NCBI GenBank assembly: GCA_964291405.2 | Contig: OZ219926.1 | Location: 320,001-384,000 of the forward strand | Direction: 5' to 3' | Source: Thermodesulfobacteriota bacterium | Lineage (GTDB): Bacteria; Desulfobacterota; Binatia; Bin18 | Length of the DNA: 64,000 nucleotides | Part shown: in pieces, positions 47,223 through 56,526 of the stretch | Layout: each line of letters begins with the position of its first letter | How positions within the stretch are numbered: the stretch's first letter is position 1 | The notes under the pieces: generated by a model | The model's database searches: none | What the model saw: only the letters and a program-made list of their open reading frames with translations | Told to the model about the DNA's origin: nothing | Translations under genes and position numbers: made by a program

Positions 47223-48433
47223 GCCGCGGCCTCGGTCTTTGTCTGCTCCTTTGGTGGGACGGGTGGCGGGAAACCGGGCGGGATGGCCACCCGCTCCGAT
47301 TGGACCAAGCGCTCCAGAAAGCCGCTGAGCAGCTTGGTCATGGTTTCGACCTCAAGCAGAAACGCATCATGTCCCCATGAGCTTTGGACGTCCAAATAGG
47401 TCACATCGGCACCGGCCGCAGTAAGCGCACTGACCAACTCCTTGCTGTGATAGCTGGGGTAAAGCCAATCGCTAGTAAAACTCAGCACCAGGTAGCGCAG
47501 GTCGGCCGAGTTGGCAAAGGCGGCCGCCACTGAGCCGGTCTCTGCGCTCAGATCAAAATAGTCCATCGCCTTGGTCACATACAGATAGCTGTTAGCGTCA
47601 AACCGGCGCGTAAAATTATGACCTTTGTATTTGAGGTAGCTCTCGACCTGAAACTCGGAACGAAACTCATAGCCGTACCGAACCTGGTCCTGGAGCCGCC
47701 GCCCGAACTTCTGCTGCATGGATTCTTCGCTCAGATAGGTAATATGGCCGACCATGCGGGCGACCGCCAGGCCGGCATCGGGTTTGAGGCCCGCGTCGTA
47801 ATAGTCCCCATTATTCCAGGCCGGATCAGCATAAATCGCCTGCCGTCCCACTTCGCTCAGGGCAATCAGCATGGGGCTGTGATGGGCGGTGGTCGCAATG
47901 GGAATGGCGGCTTTCAGCCGCTTCGGATAATGTGCTGCCCACTCAAGCGCCTGCATCCCACCCATTGAGCCGCCAGCCACGCACAGCAGGCTGTCGATGC
48001 CCAGATGATCGATCAGCCGAACCTGGGCGCGCACCATGTCCCCAATGGTCACGACCGGAAAGTGCATGCCGTACGGTTTACCGGTCGCCGGGTCGGGGTC
48101 CGACGGTCCGGTCGAGCCGTAGCAGCCGCCCAGGACATTACTGCAAATAATAAAGAATTTATTGGTATCAAAGGCTTTGCCCGGTCCGATACAGTCGTCC
48201 CACCAGCCGGCTTTGGCTTCGTCCGGCTGGTGGTAGCCAGCCGCATGCGCGCTGCCGCTCAGGGCGTGCGTAATAAGAATGGCATTGGTCCGGTCGGCGT
48301 TGAGTTGACCATAGGTTTCATACGCCACGGTCACCGGCCCCAGGGTGGCCCCGCTGTCCAACTGAAAGGACTCGTCCTCAGCAAAGGTCAGCCGCTGCGG
48401 CTGAACGAGCCCGACTGAGCCATTCGTGCTCAT
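47219..48433 (-). CDS. metX: Homoserine O-acetyltransferase
   Basis: HALSG, GGSMGGMQ, RRFDANSY, GHDAFL. Confidence 0.97.
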   Translation of the reverse strand: MSTNGSVGLVQPQRLTFAEDESFQLDSGATLGPVTVAYETYGQLNADRTNAILITHALSGSAHAAGYHQPDEAKAGWWDDCIGPGKAFDTNKFFIICSNVLGGCYGSTGPSDPDPATGKPYGMHFPVVTIGDMVRAQVRLIDHLGIDSLLCVAGGSMGGMQALEWAAHYPKRLKAAIPIATTAHHSPMLIALSEVGRQAIYADPAWNNGDYYDAGLKPDAGLAVARMVGHITYLSEESMQQKFGRRLQDQVRYGYEFRSEFQVESYLKYKGHNFTRRFDANSYLYVTKAMDYFDLSAETGSVAAAFANSADLRYLVLSFTSDWLYPSYHSKELVSALTAAGADVTYLDVQSSWGHDAFLLEVETMTKLLSGFLERLVQSERVAIPPGFPPPVPPKEQTKTEAAA

Positions 48434-48454
48434 GCTCTATCCCGTCACTCCTCA

Positions 48455-48547
48455 GAACCCACCCCGCTGCTTCGCAGCACCCCTCCCAAGAGGGGATTAT
48501 TTTCTTTTCCCCTCCTCGGAGGGGTGGCCGAAGGCCGGGGTGGGTTC
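48455..48547. repeat. REP-like paired palindromic element
   Basis: GAACCCACCCCG..CCCCTCCCAAGAGGGG / CCCCTCCTCGGAGGGG..CGGGGTGGGTTC; same family as 49961-50064. Confidence 0.8.
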
Positions 48548-48577
48548 CATATTAAAACGCATTCCGACTCGACTAGC

Positions 48578-49876
48578 CTACCCGGTCGCTGCGTGCAGGG
48601 CTTGTTCCAGATCCCAGATGATGTCGTCAATATCTTCCAAGCCAACACTCAGCCGGACAAAATCCACTGTTGCACCAGCACTGATCAACTCGTCTTCATT
48701 GAGCTGGCTGTGGGTCGTACTGGCTGGGTGAATCGCCAGACTCTTGGCATCTCCGACATTGGCGACATGGCTGTGCAGCTTGAGACTGTTAATGAATTTC
48801 TCACCCGCGGCCCGGCCACCCTTGATCTGAAAGCCCATGATCGAGCCGGGTCCGAGCGGCAAATACTTCTTGGCCTTTTCATGGTCCGGGCTGTTGGGCA
48901 GCCCAGGGAAAGCGACGGCGTTCACGCCGGCATGGCTCTCCAGAAACTCGGCGACCTGCTGGGCGTTGGCCACGTGGCGTTCCATGCGCAGGCTTAGCGT
49001 CTCGATCCCGAGCAGGGTCGTAAAGCTGTCAAACGGTGCCTGGCAGCCGCCCACATCACGCAGGATTTGCACGCGCGATTTGAGTATCATGGCCGGGGCG
49101 CCGAGGTTGGCGTATACCAGGCCGTGATACGATGGGTCCGGTTCGGTAAAGTTTGGAAAGCGTCCGCTGGTCCAATCGAAATTGCCGCCATCCACAATCA
49201 TGCCACCAATGGCCGTTCCGTGGCCACTCAGGAACTTGGTCGTGCTATGCGTCACAATATGTGCGCCCCACTCAAACGGCCGACACAGATACGGCGTAGC
49301 AAACGTATTGTCTATCATTACCGGGATATGATGCGCCTCGGAAATGGCCGACACTTCCTCGAAAGGGAAAACCGTAATATCCGGGTTGCCCAAGGTCTCG
49401 CCGTAGATAATTTTGGTATTGGGCTGGATGGCCTTTTCAAATTCTTCCGGCTTGGTCGGGTCTACAAAGGTCGAGCTAATGCCCATGCGCGGGAAGGTAT
49501 GCGCGAACTGATTAAACGTGCCGCCATACAGCCGACTGCTGGTCACAATATGGTCGCCCTGGCCACACAGCGCCATGATGGCCATCATCTGCGCCGCGTG
49601 CCCGCTGCTGGCCGCTAACGATCCGACCCCACCCTCAAGGGCGGCAACCCGTTGCTCCAACACATCATTGGTCGGGTTCATGATGCGCGTATAGATATTG
49701 CCGGGTTCGCTCAGCGCGAACAGATTGGCCGCGTGCTCGGTATTCTTAAACTGATAACTCGTGGTGTGGTAAATCGGGACGGCTCGGCTGCCCGTCGTCG
49801 GGTCGGGGTTTTGTCCTGCGTGCAACTGACGCGTATTAAAGCCGTATTTGCGTTCGTTAGTGTCGTCTGCGCCCAT
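48578..49876 (-). CDS. metY: O-acetylhomoserine aminocarboxypropyltransferase (sulfhydrylase)
   Basis: YTRIMNPT, LYGGT, DNTFATP, HSTTKF (PLP Lys), HPASTTHSQL; start MGADD at 49876. Confidence 0.96.
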   Translation of the reverse strand: MGADDTNERKYGFNTRQLHAGQNPDPTTGSRAVPIYHTTSYQFKNTEHAANLFALSEPGNIYTRIMNPTNDVLEQRVAALEGGVGSLAASSGHAAQMMAIMALCGQGDHIVTSSRLYGGTFNQFAHTFPRMGISSTFVDPTKPEEFEKAIQPNTKIIYGETLGNPDITVFPFEEVSAISEAHHIPVMIDNTFATPYLCRPFEWGAHIVTHSTTKFLSGHGTAIGGMIVDGGNFDWTSGRFPNFTEPDPSYHGLVYANLGAPAMILKSRVQILRDVGGCQAPFDSFTTLLGIETLSLRMERHVANAQQVAEFLESHAGVNAVAFPGLPNSPDHEKAKKYLPLGPGSIMGFQIKGGRAAGEKFINSLKLHSHVANVGDAKSLAIHPASTTHSQLNEDELISAGATVDFVRLSVGLEDIDDIIWDLEQALHAATG

Positions 49877-49960
49877 GCGATTCTCCTCTTCCTTTCGTGG
49901 CTCCCACAGTCTTAGCCGATTCCGGCGCATAGGGCTATAACACAGCTTCCGCTTGTCCCT

Positions 49961-50064
49961 ATCCCCTCTCGGGAGGGGTGCCGAAGGCGGGGTGGGTTCC
50001 CTCCTGCCGGGCGCGAGGCAGCACCCACCCCGGCCCTTCAGGCCATCCCTCCGAGGAGGGGGTT
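49961..50064. repeat. REP-like paired palindromic element
   Basis: CCCCTCTCGGGAGGGGTGCCGAAGGCGGGGTGGGTT...ACCCACCCCGG...CCCTCCGAGGAGGGG. Confidence 0.8.
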
Positions 50065-50158
50065 TCACTCTGCTCGGTCGAGCGTTGTTGTCTCAGTCAG
50101 CGTCTCTGGCTATGATGTTCGCGCTCGACAAAGCAAGGACGGCAAAGGAGTACACGTT

Positions 50159-50521
50159 ATGGCAGGACAATTCTGTGTCTCACTAACTCACTCAAAGGAT
50201 AATACCGACAAGGCAACCGTCGCCTTTGTGATTGCCAATGCCGCGGTGGGTTCGGACCAGGACACCCTGGTCTTCCTCAGCACCGAGGGCGTACGTCTGG
50301 CCGTCAACGGCTACGCCGACGATATTCATGAGGACGGCTTTGCTCCGCTCAAAGAACTGATGACCAATTTTGCCGAAGCCGGCGGCACGATATACGTGTG
50401 CTCGCCCTGCTTTAAGAAACGCGGCCTGGATGAGAACAACCTCGTGCCGGGGGCCAATATTGTCGGTGGTGCCAAGCTGGTCGAGTTCCTGGCCGGAGGG
50501 ACGCCGAGCGTGTCGTATTAG
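50159..50521 (+). CDS. DsrE family protein
   Basis: DKATVAFVIANAA, VFLSTEGV, YVCSPCFKKRG, IVGGA. Confidence 0.9.
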   Translation: MAGQFCVSLTHSKDNTDKATVAFVIANAAVGSDQDTLVFLSTEGVRLAVNGYADDIHEDGFAPLKELMTNFAEAGGTIYVCSPCFKKRGLDENNLVPGANIVGGAKLVEFLAGGTPSVSY

Positions 50522-50527
50522 GGCCTA

Positions 50528-50562
50528 CTCTCACCCTAGCCCTCTCCCAGTAAGGAAAGGGA
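50528..50562 (+). repeat. Degenerate REP-like unit (CTCACCCTAGCCCTCTCCC..AGGG); a related unit lies at 56390-56424
   Basis: Intergenic palindromic motif seen twice. Confidence 0.5.
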
Positions 50563-50586
50563 AGCGGAGCACGGGAATAGGAAAGC

Positions 50587-52173
50587 ATGGATTCCGATAC
50601 TCAGACGCACCCGTACCAGCCGACGGACAGTTTTGACGGCGGAGACCTCGACTGTGGCAATGGTTTGTTGTTGCTGATCCGCAAGCATATTGATCCCCTT
50701 ACCCCAGGCCAACTGCTCGAAATCCTGTCCACCGAAACCTCGGTGGTCGAAGACCTGCCGGCCTGGTGCCGTCTGACCGGAAACGACTTGGTCTCCCACA
50801 TCAGCCGGGGCAAGCAGAACAGCTTCCTGGTTTCAAAAGGTCCGGCTCCGGACCTCCGCTCCGCTGAGCCTGAGCTAGCGACTCCCTCAAAAAAGAACAA
50901 GAAGAAGACGAAACACCGTTCAGCACGCGAAAAGGAATACGCGCCGATTACCCAGCCCATCGCCGAGGTCGTGATTCCCGACCACCTGCCGCAGCCTGCC
51001 CCGGCTCCGAGCGTTGCCCCGCTGTCTGTCATGGGCGTCGGCAGTTGGCCGCGACCACCCTGGCTGCTGCGTGCCCTCAACGATCATCTCGAAGGCCGCA
51101 TGTCGGCCGAAGAATTTGACCAGACCGCCGATGATGCCGTGCGACTGACGGTGGCCGCCCAGCAGCGTGCCGGTGTCGATGTTCTCACCGACGGCGAGCA
51201 GCGTCGGGATAACTACGCCAGCTTCGTCGGCGGGCTGCTCGATAACTGCCAGCTGATTCCCATTACCGACCTCCTGCCGTATGTCGACGATCCCGAAGAG
51301 TTCGAGCGCGAGTTGCGTGCCTTGGACGTCCCGGCCGGCAAGGTACGCCATCCGGCCGTTTTCGGACCGTTGGGCAGAAGCCGTTCGCTAACCGTTCACG
51401 AGGCAAATTTTCTTACCAGCCTGACCGACCGGCCACTCAAGGTTGCCCTGCCCGGTCCCTATCTGTTGACCCGCACAATGTGGATGGAGTGCATCTCCGA
51501 CCGAGCCTATGACACGCGGGAAGAACTCGCCATAGATGTCGTCCGGGTCTTACGCGAGGAACTCCACTACTTGCTCGCTGCTGGCGTCTCGCTGGTTCAA
51601 CTGGACGAACCCGTTCTGACCGAGGTCGTCTTCAGCGGCACCTCAAACAATCGCACCTTTATGTGTGGTGCGCTGGGAGAGAAGCGCGAGGCCGCTGCGG
51701 AGTTGGCCTTTGCCGAATCGCTCATTAATCAGACGGTCGCCAATCTGCCCCAAGAACGACTGGCGCTGCATATCTGTCGCGGCAACTGGACGCCGGATGA
51801 AAGCGTGGCCCTGGCCGGCGACTATGAGCCCCTTCTACCCCTATTGAAGAAAGTCGCAGTAGGCACGCTCATGCTGGAGCTCTGCACGCCTCGGGCTGGA
51901 GATGAGGCCGTTTTGCGCGGCCTGCCGGACGACCGGCGCGTCGGCGTTGGGGTTGTGAATCAGAAGACGCAAAGCCTTGAGACAGTAGACCAGATTGTCA
52001 CAAAGGCGGAGAAGGCCATTCGTCTTTTTGGGGCCGAGCGTCTCCTCCTGACCCCCGACTGCGGCTTTGCCACGTTTGCGGATAATCCTATCGCGTCAGC
52101 CACGCTTGCCGAACAAAAACTGACGGCCATCACTCAGGCTGCGACCATCCTTCGCGACCGGCACGGCCTATAG
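50587..52173 (+). CDS. TusA-like sulfur-carrier domain fused to a cobalamin-independent methionine-synthase-like (MetE core) domain
   Basis: FDGGDLDCGNGLLL..LEILS..DLPAWCRLTG; Lys/Pro linker; GSWPRP, TDGEQRRD, LPGPY, QLDEP, HICRGN, PDCGF. Confidence 0.88.
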   Translation: MDSDTQTHPYQPTDSFDGGDLDCGNGLLLLIRKHIDPLTPGQLLEILSTETSVVEDLPAWCRLTGNDLVSHISRGKQNSFLVSKGPAPDLRSAEPELATPSKKNKKKTKHRSAREKEYAPITQPIAEVVIPDHLPQPAPAPSVAPLSVMGVGSWPRPPWLLRALNDHLEGRMSAEEFDQTADDAVRLTVAAQQRAGVDVLTDGEQRRDNYASFVGGLLDNCQLIPITDLLPYVDDPEEFERELRALDVPAGKVRHPAVFGPLGRSRSLTVHEANFLTSLTDRPLKVALPGPYLLTRTMWMECISDRAYDTREELAIDVVRVLREELHYLLAAGVSLVQLDEPVLTEVVFSGTSNNRTFMCGALGEKREAAAELAFAESLINQTVANLPQERLALHICRGNWTPDESVALAGDYEPLLPLLKKVAVGTLMLELCTPRAGDEAVLRGLPDDRRVGVGVVNQKTQSLETVDQIVTKAEKAIRLFGAERLLLTPDCGFATFADNPIASATLAEQKLTAITQAATILRDRHGL

Positions 52174-52292
52174 GTCTGTGGTTGCCGGCCCACCCCGCCC
52201 GGAAGAACGCCGGACAGCCCCTACACACGTCGGTTTGAGCCATCCCTGAATCCTGGCTCCTCGCCTATCCAGTCTGGTGTGGAGCAATACTC

Positions 52293-52309
52293 TTACAACC
52301 CAATTGCAA
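52293..52309. promoter_or_regulatory. Zur-like box
   Basis: TTACAAC-CCA-ATTGCAA; similar to the deltaproteobacterial Zur motif ATGCAAC-N3-GTTGCAT. Confidence 0.7.
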
Positions 52310-52386
52310 ATACATTAAACCCTTGATATTAGACTCCCGTCCATCAAGAGAGAAAAGCTCCCTTGTGAGAAAAGGAAGTAAGAATC

Positions 52387-55300
52387 ATGCGCGATAAGAG
52401 TATTATATCCCTCCAGAGCTTCATCATCCGCTGGAGTGTCGCTTTCCTCCTGCTGTTCGTCTGGGCACTGCCGGCCCTGGCCCAAGACGATGGGCAGCTC
52501 ATCGTCGCCGACCCGGCAGCAGAGAAGCTCTACGTCTATGAACTCCCGTCACTCACCCTAAAGGCGGAGTTCGATAACATACGCATGGCTCCACAGGCGG
52601 GTTTTCTTCCCCTCAAAGGAGAACGGCTCATTTTTATCAATGAAGAGGCCGCTCCGCAGGACGAGCACGGCCATCAGGACGAGCACGGCCATCAGGATGA
52701 GCACGGCCATCAGGATGAGCACGGCCACGCTGACACCCACAGCGAGACCATTCCGAGCGGCGAGATGATCATGCTCAAGATGAATCTCAGAGGGGAGCCG
52801 GCCATCATTGGCCGTGTAGTCGTGAGCTGGACGGGTGGAGTCGGCCAGATTGCCGTGCATCCAAAGATGGAATTTGCCGCAGTTGCTTCGGGCGCAGTCT
52901 CCACTGAGGAAGGTGACCACGAAGACGAACACGGTCACGAAGACGAACACGGCCACGAAGACGAACACGGCCATGAAGACGAACATGGTCACGAAGACGA
53001 ACACGGCCATGAAGACGAACACGGTCACGAAGACGAACACGGCCATGAAGACGAACACGGCCATGAGCACGGCACGGGCGGCGGGTCAGTCTCCGTGATC
53101 GATTTACGTTGGTGGACTTCCTCGTCCTACAGCACCATTGCAACGAACCCGATTGAGAGTGAAGCGCCCGGTATAGCCATCGCCAGAAGCCCCGACATGC
53201 TTTTGCAGAGCCTCGGAAGCGAGCTGCCTTTTGCGTATAGCGCTCAGGCTCATGATGAGGCGGGTGAAGACGAACATGAGCATGATCACGAGGGCGAAGA
53301 CGATCACGAGGGCGAAGACGACCACGAGGGCGAAGACGACCACGAGGACGACCACGAAGGCGACCACGAGGGCGAAGACGACCACGAGGGCGAAGACGAC
53401 CACGCGCATGAGGACGAGCAGCCAATCGGCCGTCTGCTCGTCGGCGACGGAGATACGGGCGCCCTTTCGGTCATTGACTTGGAGCACGGCGATGTCGAGC
53501 AGGACGCCTTCGACATGGGATCGCGCGCCGGACGCATATACGCCACCAAGAGCGGGCGTTTCGCCATCGCCGTGGCCACCGATGCCAACAACGTCCATGT
53601 CTTCGACGGCGGCATATACGAGGAGGAGCACGGCGACCATTTCGACTTGATCAATAATCCGGTGCAGAGGCTGGACCTCGATTTATCCGGCGACCGCCCG
53701 GCGCATCTGTCCGTGGGCGGCGAGTGGGCCGCTATCTTTTATGACGGCTCCGGCAATGTCGTGCTGCTCAACGAACGTGAGCTGGAAGAGGAAGGCGCAG
53801 ATTACTCGCCGCCAGTCTTCAATATCGGCCCTCAGCATGGGGGGGCGGTTCCGCTGTATGACGGACTGATAGCCACCACGACCCAGCACCCGGATTACGA
53901 TTCCTCCCCCGCTGATTACCGCCTCCCTGTCGGCGCCGACATCCGCGACCTCGCCGGTAACGTGCTGTACAGCGCCACTGGTTGCGACGGCCTGCACGGC
54001 GACGCCGGCAACGGCCATGTCGCCGTCTTCGGCTGCATCGGCGGGGTATTGGCAATCGAGGCACACGACGGTCAGTATGGACACGTATTCATACCTCCCC
54101 CAGCGGGCGAACCTGACGATTTCCGTCTGACTTCAGTATGGGGATACGCCGGCTTGGACCACTTCTTTGCCCTCGGCTCTGCAGTGGGGCTGTATGTGGT
54201 GGAGCCGGAAGAAGGAAGCATGACGCAACTCATCCCGGCCAGCGAAGAGCTCCGGCCGATAAACGTCGCCATCAGCCACGACGGCCATGCCCTGCTGGTG
54301 ATGATGGGCGACGGTGAACTGCGGATGTACGACGCCAAAGACCTCGATCTGCTGGCATCGGCGACCGGCTTCCTGACCACTCCAGTGGAGAGCGGCTTCT
54401 GGGGCCGTCCGCATATCGCCACCGCTCCCGGTGCGGTCTTCGTCACCGACTCGGTGGGCGACAAGGTACTGCAACTCGATTCCCACGACCTCGACGTAGT
54501 GCGGCATTGGGATGTCACCGGCAACCCCACCAAGGTCGCCTTCGTCGGCATCAAGGGAGAACCCGACACTCACGGCCATGACCACGAGGGCGAGGACGAC
54601 CATGAGGGTGAGGACGACCACGACCACGAAGGCGAGGACGACCACGAAGGCGAGGACGACCACGAGGGCGAGGACGACCACGAAGGCGAGGACGACCATG
54701 AGGGTGAGGACGACCACGACCACGAAGGCGAGGACGACCACGAAGGCGAGGACGACCACGGACATCACGAAGAAGGTATTCATGAAGCCTTTCGTCTCAG
54801 TCGCCTCATCAGCAACGAAGAGGCATTCCTCAGCGATGTTGAATTAGGTTCCCGGCCTCAGGGCGATGTGATCAGCCATAAGCTGAAAGTCTATTGCTCA
54901 GCGACTGACATGGGCATTGAGTGCTCAGACATCGATGGCGGTAATCTGACGCCTGGTATCACCTTGCCCTATGACACTGCTGAGCGCAGTGGAGGGCGCG
55001 CGGTGTATGTGCGCCTTGCCGATGACCAGCGGACGGTTTTCTCCTTTATTCGGGATGATGCTGCGGACCCAGACGACTGGACCACATGGTCAAACGACGC
55101 CTATATCGGCAACCTCGAAACTGGAGATGTCACCCGAGTCGCTCTTGGTCCGGGACTACTGCATCGCTTTGCCCTGTCCGAAACCGTGGCGCTCTACATC
55201 CTGCAAGGCCCGCAGGGCGACCGCGCATTCCTGCTTGATGCCGATCCCCAGTCTCCCACATTCACGCAGATTAGGGCCACGATTGCGCTTCCGGCCTTAC

Positions 55301-55542
55301 AGGAGCCACTTGATCCGGACTTATCGCCATTTGCAGCGGGACAGCAGTTGCGACTGCCAGCACTGACTCCAGACGGGCAATGGGGGTTTGTCACACACGG
55401 CGGAGATGGCCTGATCTCGGTCATCAATACGGCTCAGGCAGAAATCATCCAACAGCTTGAGGTTCCCACACCGCTGGGCGGTGGAGGCTATGTCACTGCC
55501 GTCCAGAAAAAAATGAAGCTGTCAGATACGATTGGACGCTAG
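52387..55542 (+). CDS. Secreted His/Asp/Glu-rich beta-propeller protein containing an AztD-like zinc-chaperone domain
   Basis: Signal peptide ..PALAQ; central domain SGRFA..DGG..EEHGDHF..PAH..AIFYDG..HGGAVP..CDGLHG..FGCIGGVL; four His-rich repeat tracts. Confidence 0.82.
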   Translation: MRDKSIISLQSFIIRWSVAFLLLFVWALPALAQDDGQLIVADPAAEKLYVYELPSLTLKAEFDNIRMAPQAGFLPLKGERLIFINEEAAPQDEHGHQDEHGHQDEHGHQDEHGHADTHSETIPSGEMIMLKMNLRGEPAIIGRVVVSWTGGVGQIAVHPKMEFAAVASGAVSTEEGDHEDEHGHEDEHGHEDEHGHEDEHGHEDEHGHEDEHGHEDEHGHEDEHGHEHGTGGGSVSVIDLRWWTSSSYSTIATNPIESEAPGIAIARSPDMLLQSLGSELPFAYSAQAHDEAGEDEHEHDHEGEDDHEGEDDHEGEDDHEDDHEGDHEGEDDHEGEDDHAHEDEQPIGRLLVGDGDTGALSVIDLEHGDVEQDAFDMGSRAGRIYATKSGRFAIAVATDANNVHVFDGGIYEEEHGDHFDLINNPVQRLDLDLSGDRPAHLSVGGEWAAIFYDGSGNVVLLNERELEEEGADYSPPVFNIGPQHGGAVPLYDGLIATTTQHPDYDSSPADYRLPVGADIRDLAGNVLYSATGCDGLHGDAGNGHVAVFGCIGGVLAIEAHDGQYGHVFIPPPAGEPDDFRLTSVWGYAGLDHFFALGSAVGLYVVEPEEGSMTQLIPASEELRPINVAISHDGHALLVMMGDGELRMYDAKDLDLLASATGFLTTPVESGFWGRPHIATAPGAVFVTDSVGDKVLQLDSHDLDVVRHWDVTGNPTKVAFVGIKGEPDTHGHDHEGEDDHEGEDDHDHEGEDDHEGEDDHEGEDDHEGEDDHEGEDDHDHEGEDDHEGEDDHGHHEEGIHEAFRLSRLISNEEAFLSDVELGSRPQGDVISHKLKVYCSATDMGIECSDIDGGNLTPGITLPYDTAERSGGRAVYVRLADDQRTVFSFIRDDAADPDDWTTWSNDAYIGNLETGDVTRVALGPGLLHRFALSETVALYILQGPQGDRAFLLDADPQSPTFTQIRATIALPALQEPLDPDLSPFAAGQQLRLPALTPDGQWGFVTHGGDGLISVINTAQAEIIQQLEVPTPLGGGGYVTAVQKKMKLSDTIGR
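52657..52728 (+). repeat. Coding 18-bp tandem repeat x4 (QDEHGH)
   Basis: CAGGAYGAGCACGGCCAY x4. Confidence 0.95.
52921..53064 (+). repeat. Coding 18-bp tandem repeat x8 (EDEHGH)
   Basis: GAAGACGAACAYGGYCAY x8. Confidence 0.95.
53266..53418 (+). repeat. Coding tandem repeat (HEGEDD)
   Basis: CACGAGGGCGAAGACGAY units. Confidence 0.92.
54571..54772 (+). repeat. Coding tandem repeat (HEGEDD)
   Basis: CAYGARGGYGAGGACGAC units. Confidence 0.92.
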
Positions 55543-55558
55543 AGCAAATCACGATGTT

Positions 55559-55610
55559 GTGGAGTGCGGGCTTCCAGCCCGCATGGCGGCCAGGATGGCC
55601 GCCCTCCCAG
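55559..55610. repeat. REP doublet between convergent genes
   Basis: GGAGT-GCGGGCT-TCC-AGCCCGC...GCGGCCA-GGA-TGGCCGC-CCTCCC. Confidence 0.7.
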
Positions 55611-55715
55611 GAGGGGGCCTTCTCGGCGAGCGCGGACTGTGACTACAACGTATCGTGAAACGCCCTAGGGTTGCGGGCCCTCGCCTCTGAGCGCGGGCCG
55701 GGCTACCGTCCGCGT

Positions 55716-56162
55716 CTAGGCCGCACAACGATCGCACCGGCCGGTGAGTTGCACTTCAAAATGGTGATTTCTGATCGCACGAGGCGTACGGTCTGGTGCA
55801 GATACCTCGATGTTCGTATCGGGCAGACACTCGACCTCGCCACAGTCAATACAGGTAAAATGAGGATGTTGTTCGGTCTGGCCGTGCGCCTTGTCACGTA
55901 ATTCAAAACGCCAGACGTGATCGCCATGATCCGTTCGCGACAAGAGGCCGGCGTCAGTCAGGTCAATGAGATTCCGGTAGAGCGTCGCCCGGTCCAATCC
56001 CGCCGGCTCCAGGGCTTCAGCGATCTCCGCATGACTCATAGGAGTAATTGCCTGCTGAAGCCGCTGCAACACAGCAACACGGGGACCTGTGCTCCGTAGC
56101 CCAGTGGATCGAACCAGGGCACGGAGTTCTGCGATTGATCGAACGATCCTTTCTTTTTTCAT
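55716..56162 (-). CDS. Fur family transcriptional regulator (probable Zur)
   Basis: GLRSTGPRVAVL, DRATLYRNL, HPHFTCIDCG, GRCDRC; sits inside the Zn uptake cluster. Confidence 0.9.
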   Translation of the reverse strand: MKKERIVRSIAELRALVRSTGLRSTGPRVAVLQRLQQAITPMSHAEIAEALEPAGLDRATLYRNLIDLTDAGLLSRTDHGDHVWRFELRDKAHGQTEQHPHFTCIDCGEVECLPDTNIEVSAPDRTPRAIRNHHFEVQLTGRCDRCAA

Positions 56163-56307
56163 AGCGTCACCTATCCTACCGATTTCTGTAGCCTCCGGCA
56201 AGAAAAAATTGCCGCAGGTCTGCCGCTTACAACCGACAGCGGAAGGCCACGTGCCTCCCCACTCCACACTTCTCCCTCTATATGAAACCTTCGTCATAAT
56301 AATCTTT

Positions 56308-56324
56308 TTACAATATAGTTGCAA
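56308..56324. promoter_or_regulatory. Zur-like box between the divergent fur-family and cobW genes
   Basis: TTACAAT-ATA-GTTGCAA. Confidence 0.72.
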
Positions 56325-56526
56325 ATACATCAAATACTTGATATTAGAGACCCCGTGATGGACCGCATTTCGTTTTCCCAGGGTTCACCGTCTCTCAATC
56401 CCTCTCCGGGCAGAGGAGAGAGGGTGCTATGAGCGCCTGCCTTCCTTGCCCGGCCCCCCGACAGAGTTTCCCTCCTGTTACTCTGTTGGGGGTGCCTTTT
56501 TGTCTCACTCGGCTGTCTTTTGCGTT

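Noticed and set aside
49877-50158. SAM riboswitch upstream of metY
   Set aside because: The structured sequence matches the REP-like family also at 48455; no SAM-I/II consensus recognised
52657-54772. Repeat arrays as CRISPR
   Set aside because: Contiguous in-frame 18-bp units without unique spacers; they encode His-rich tracts; no cas genes
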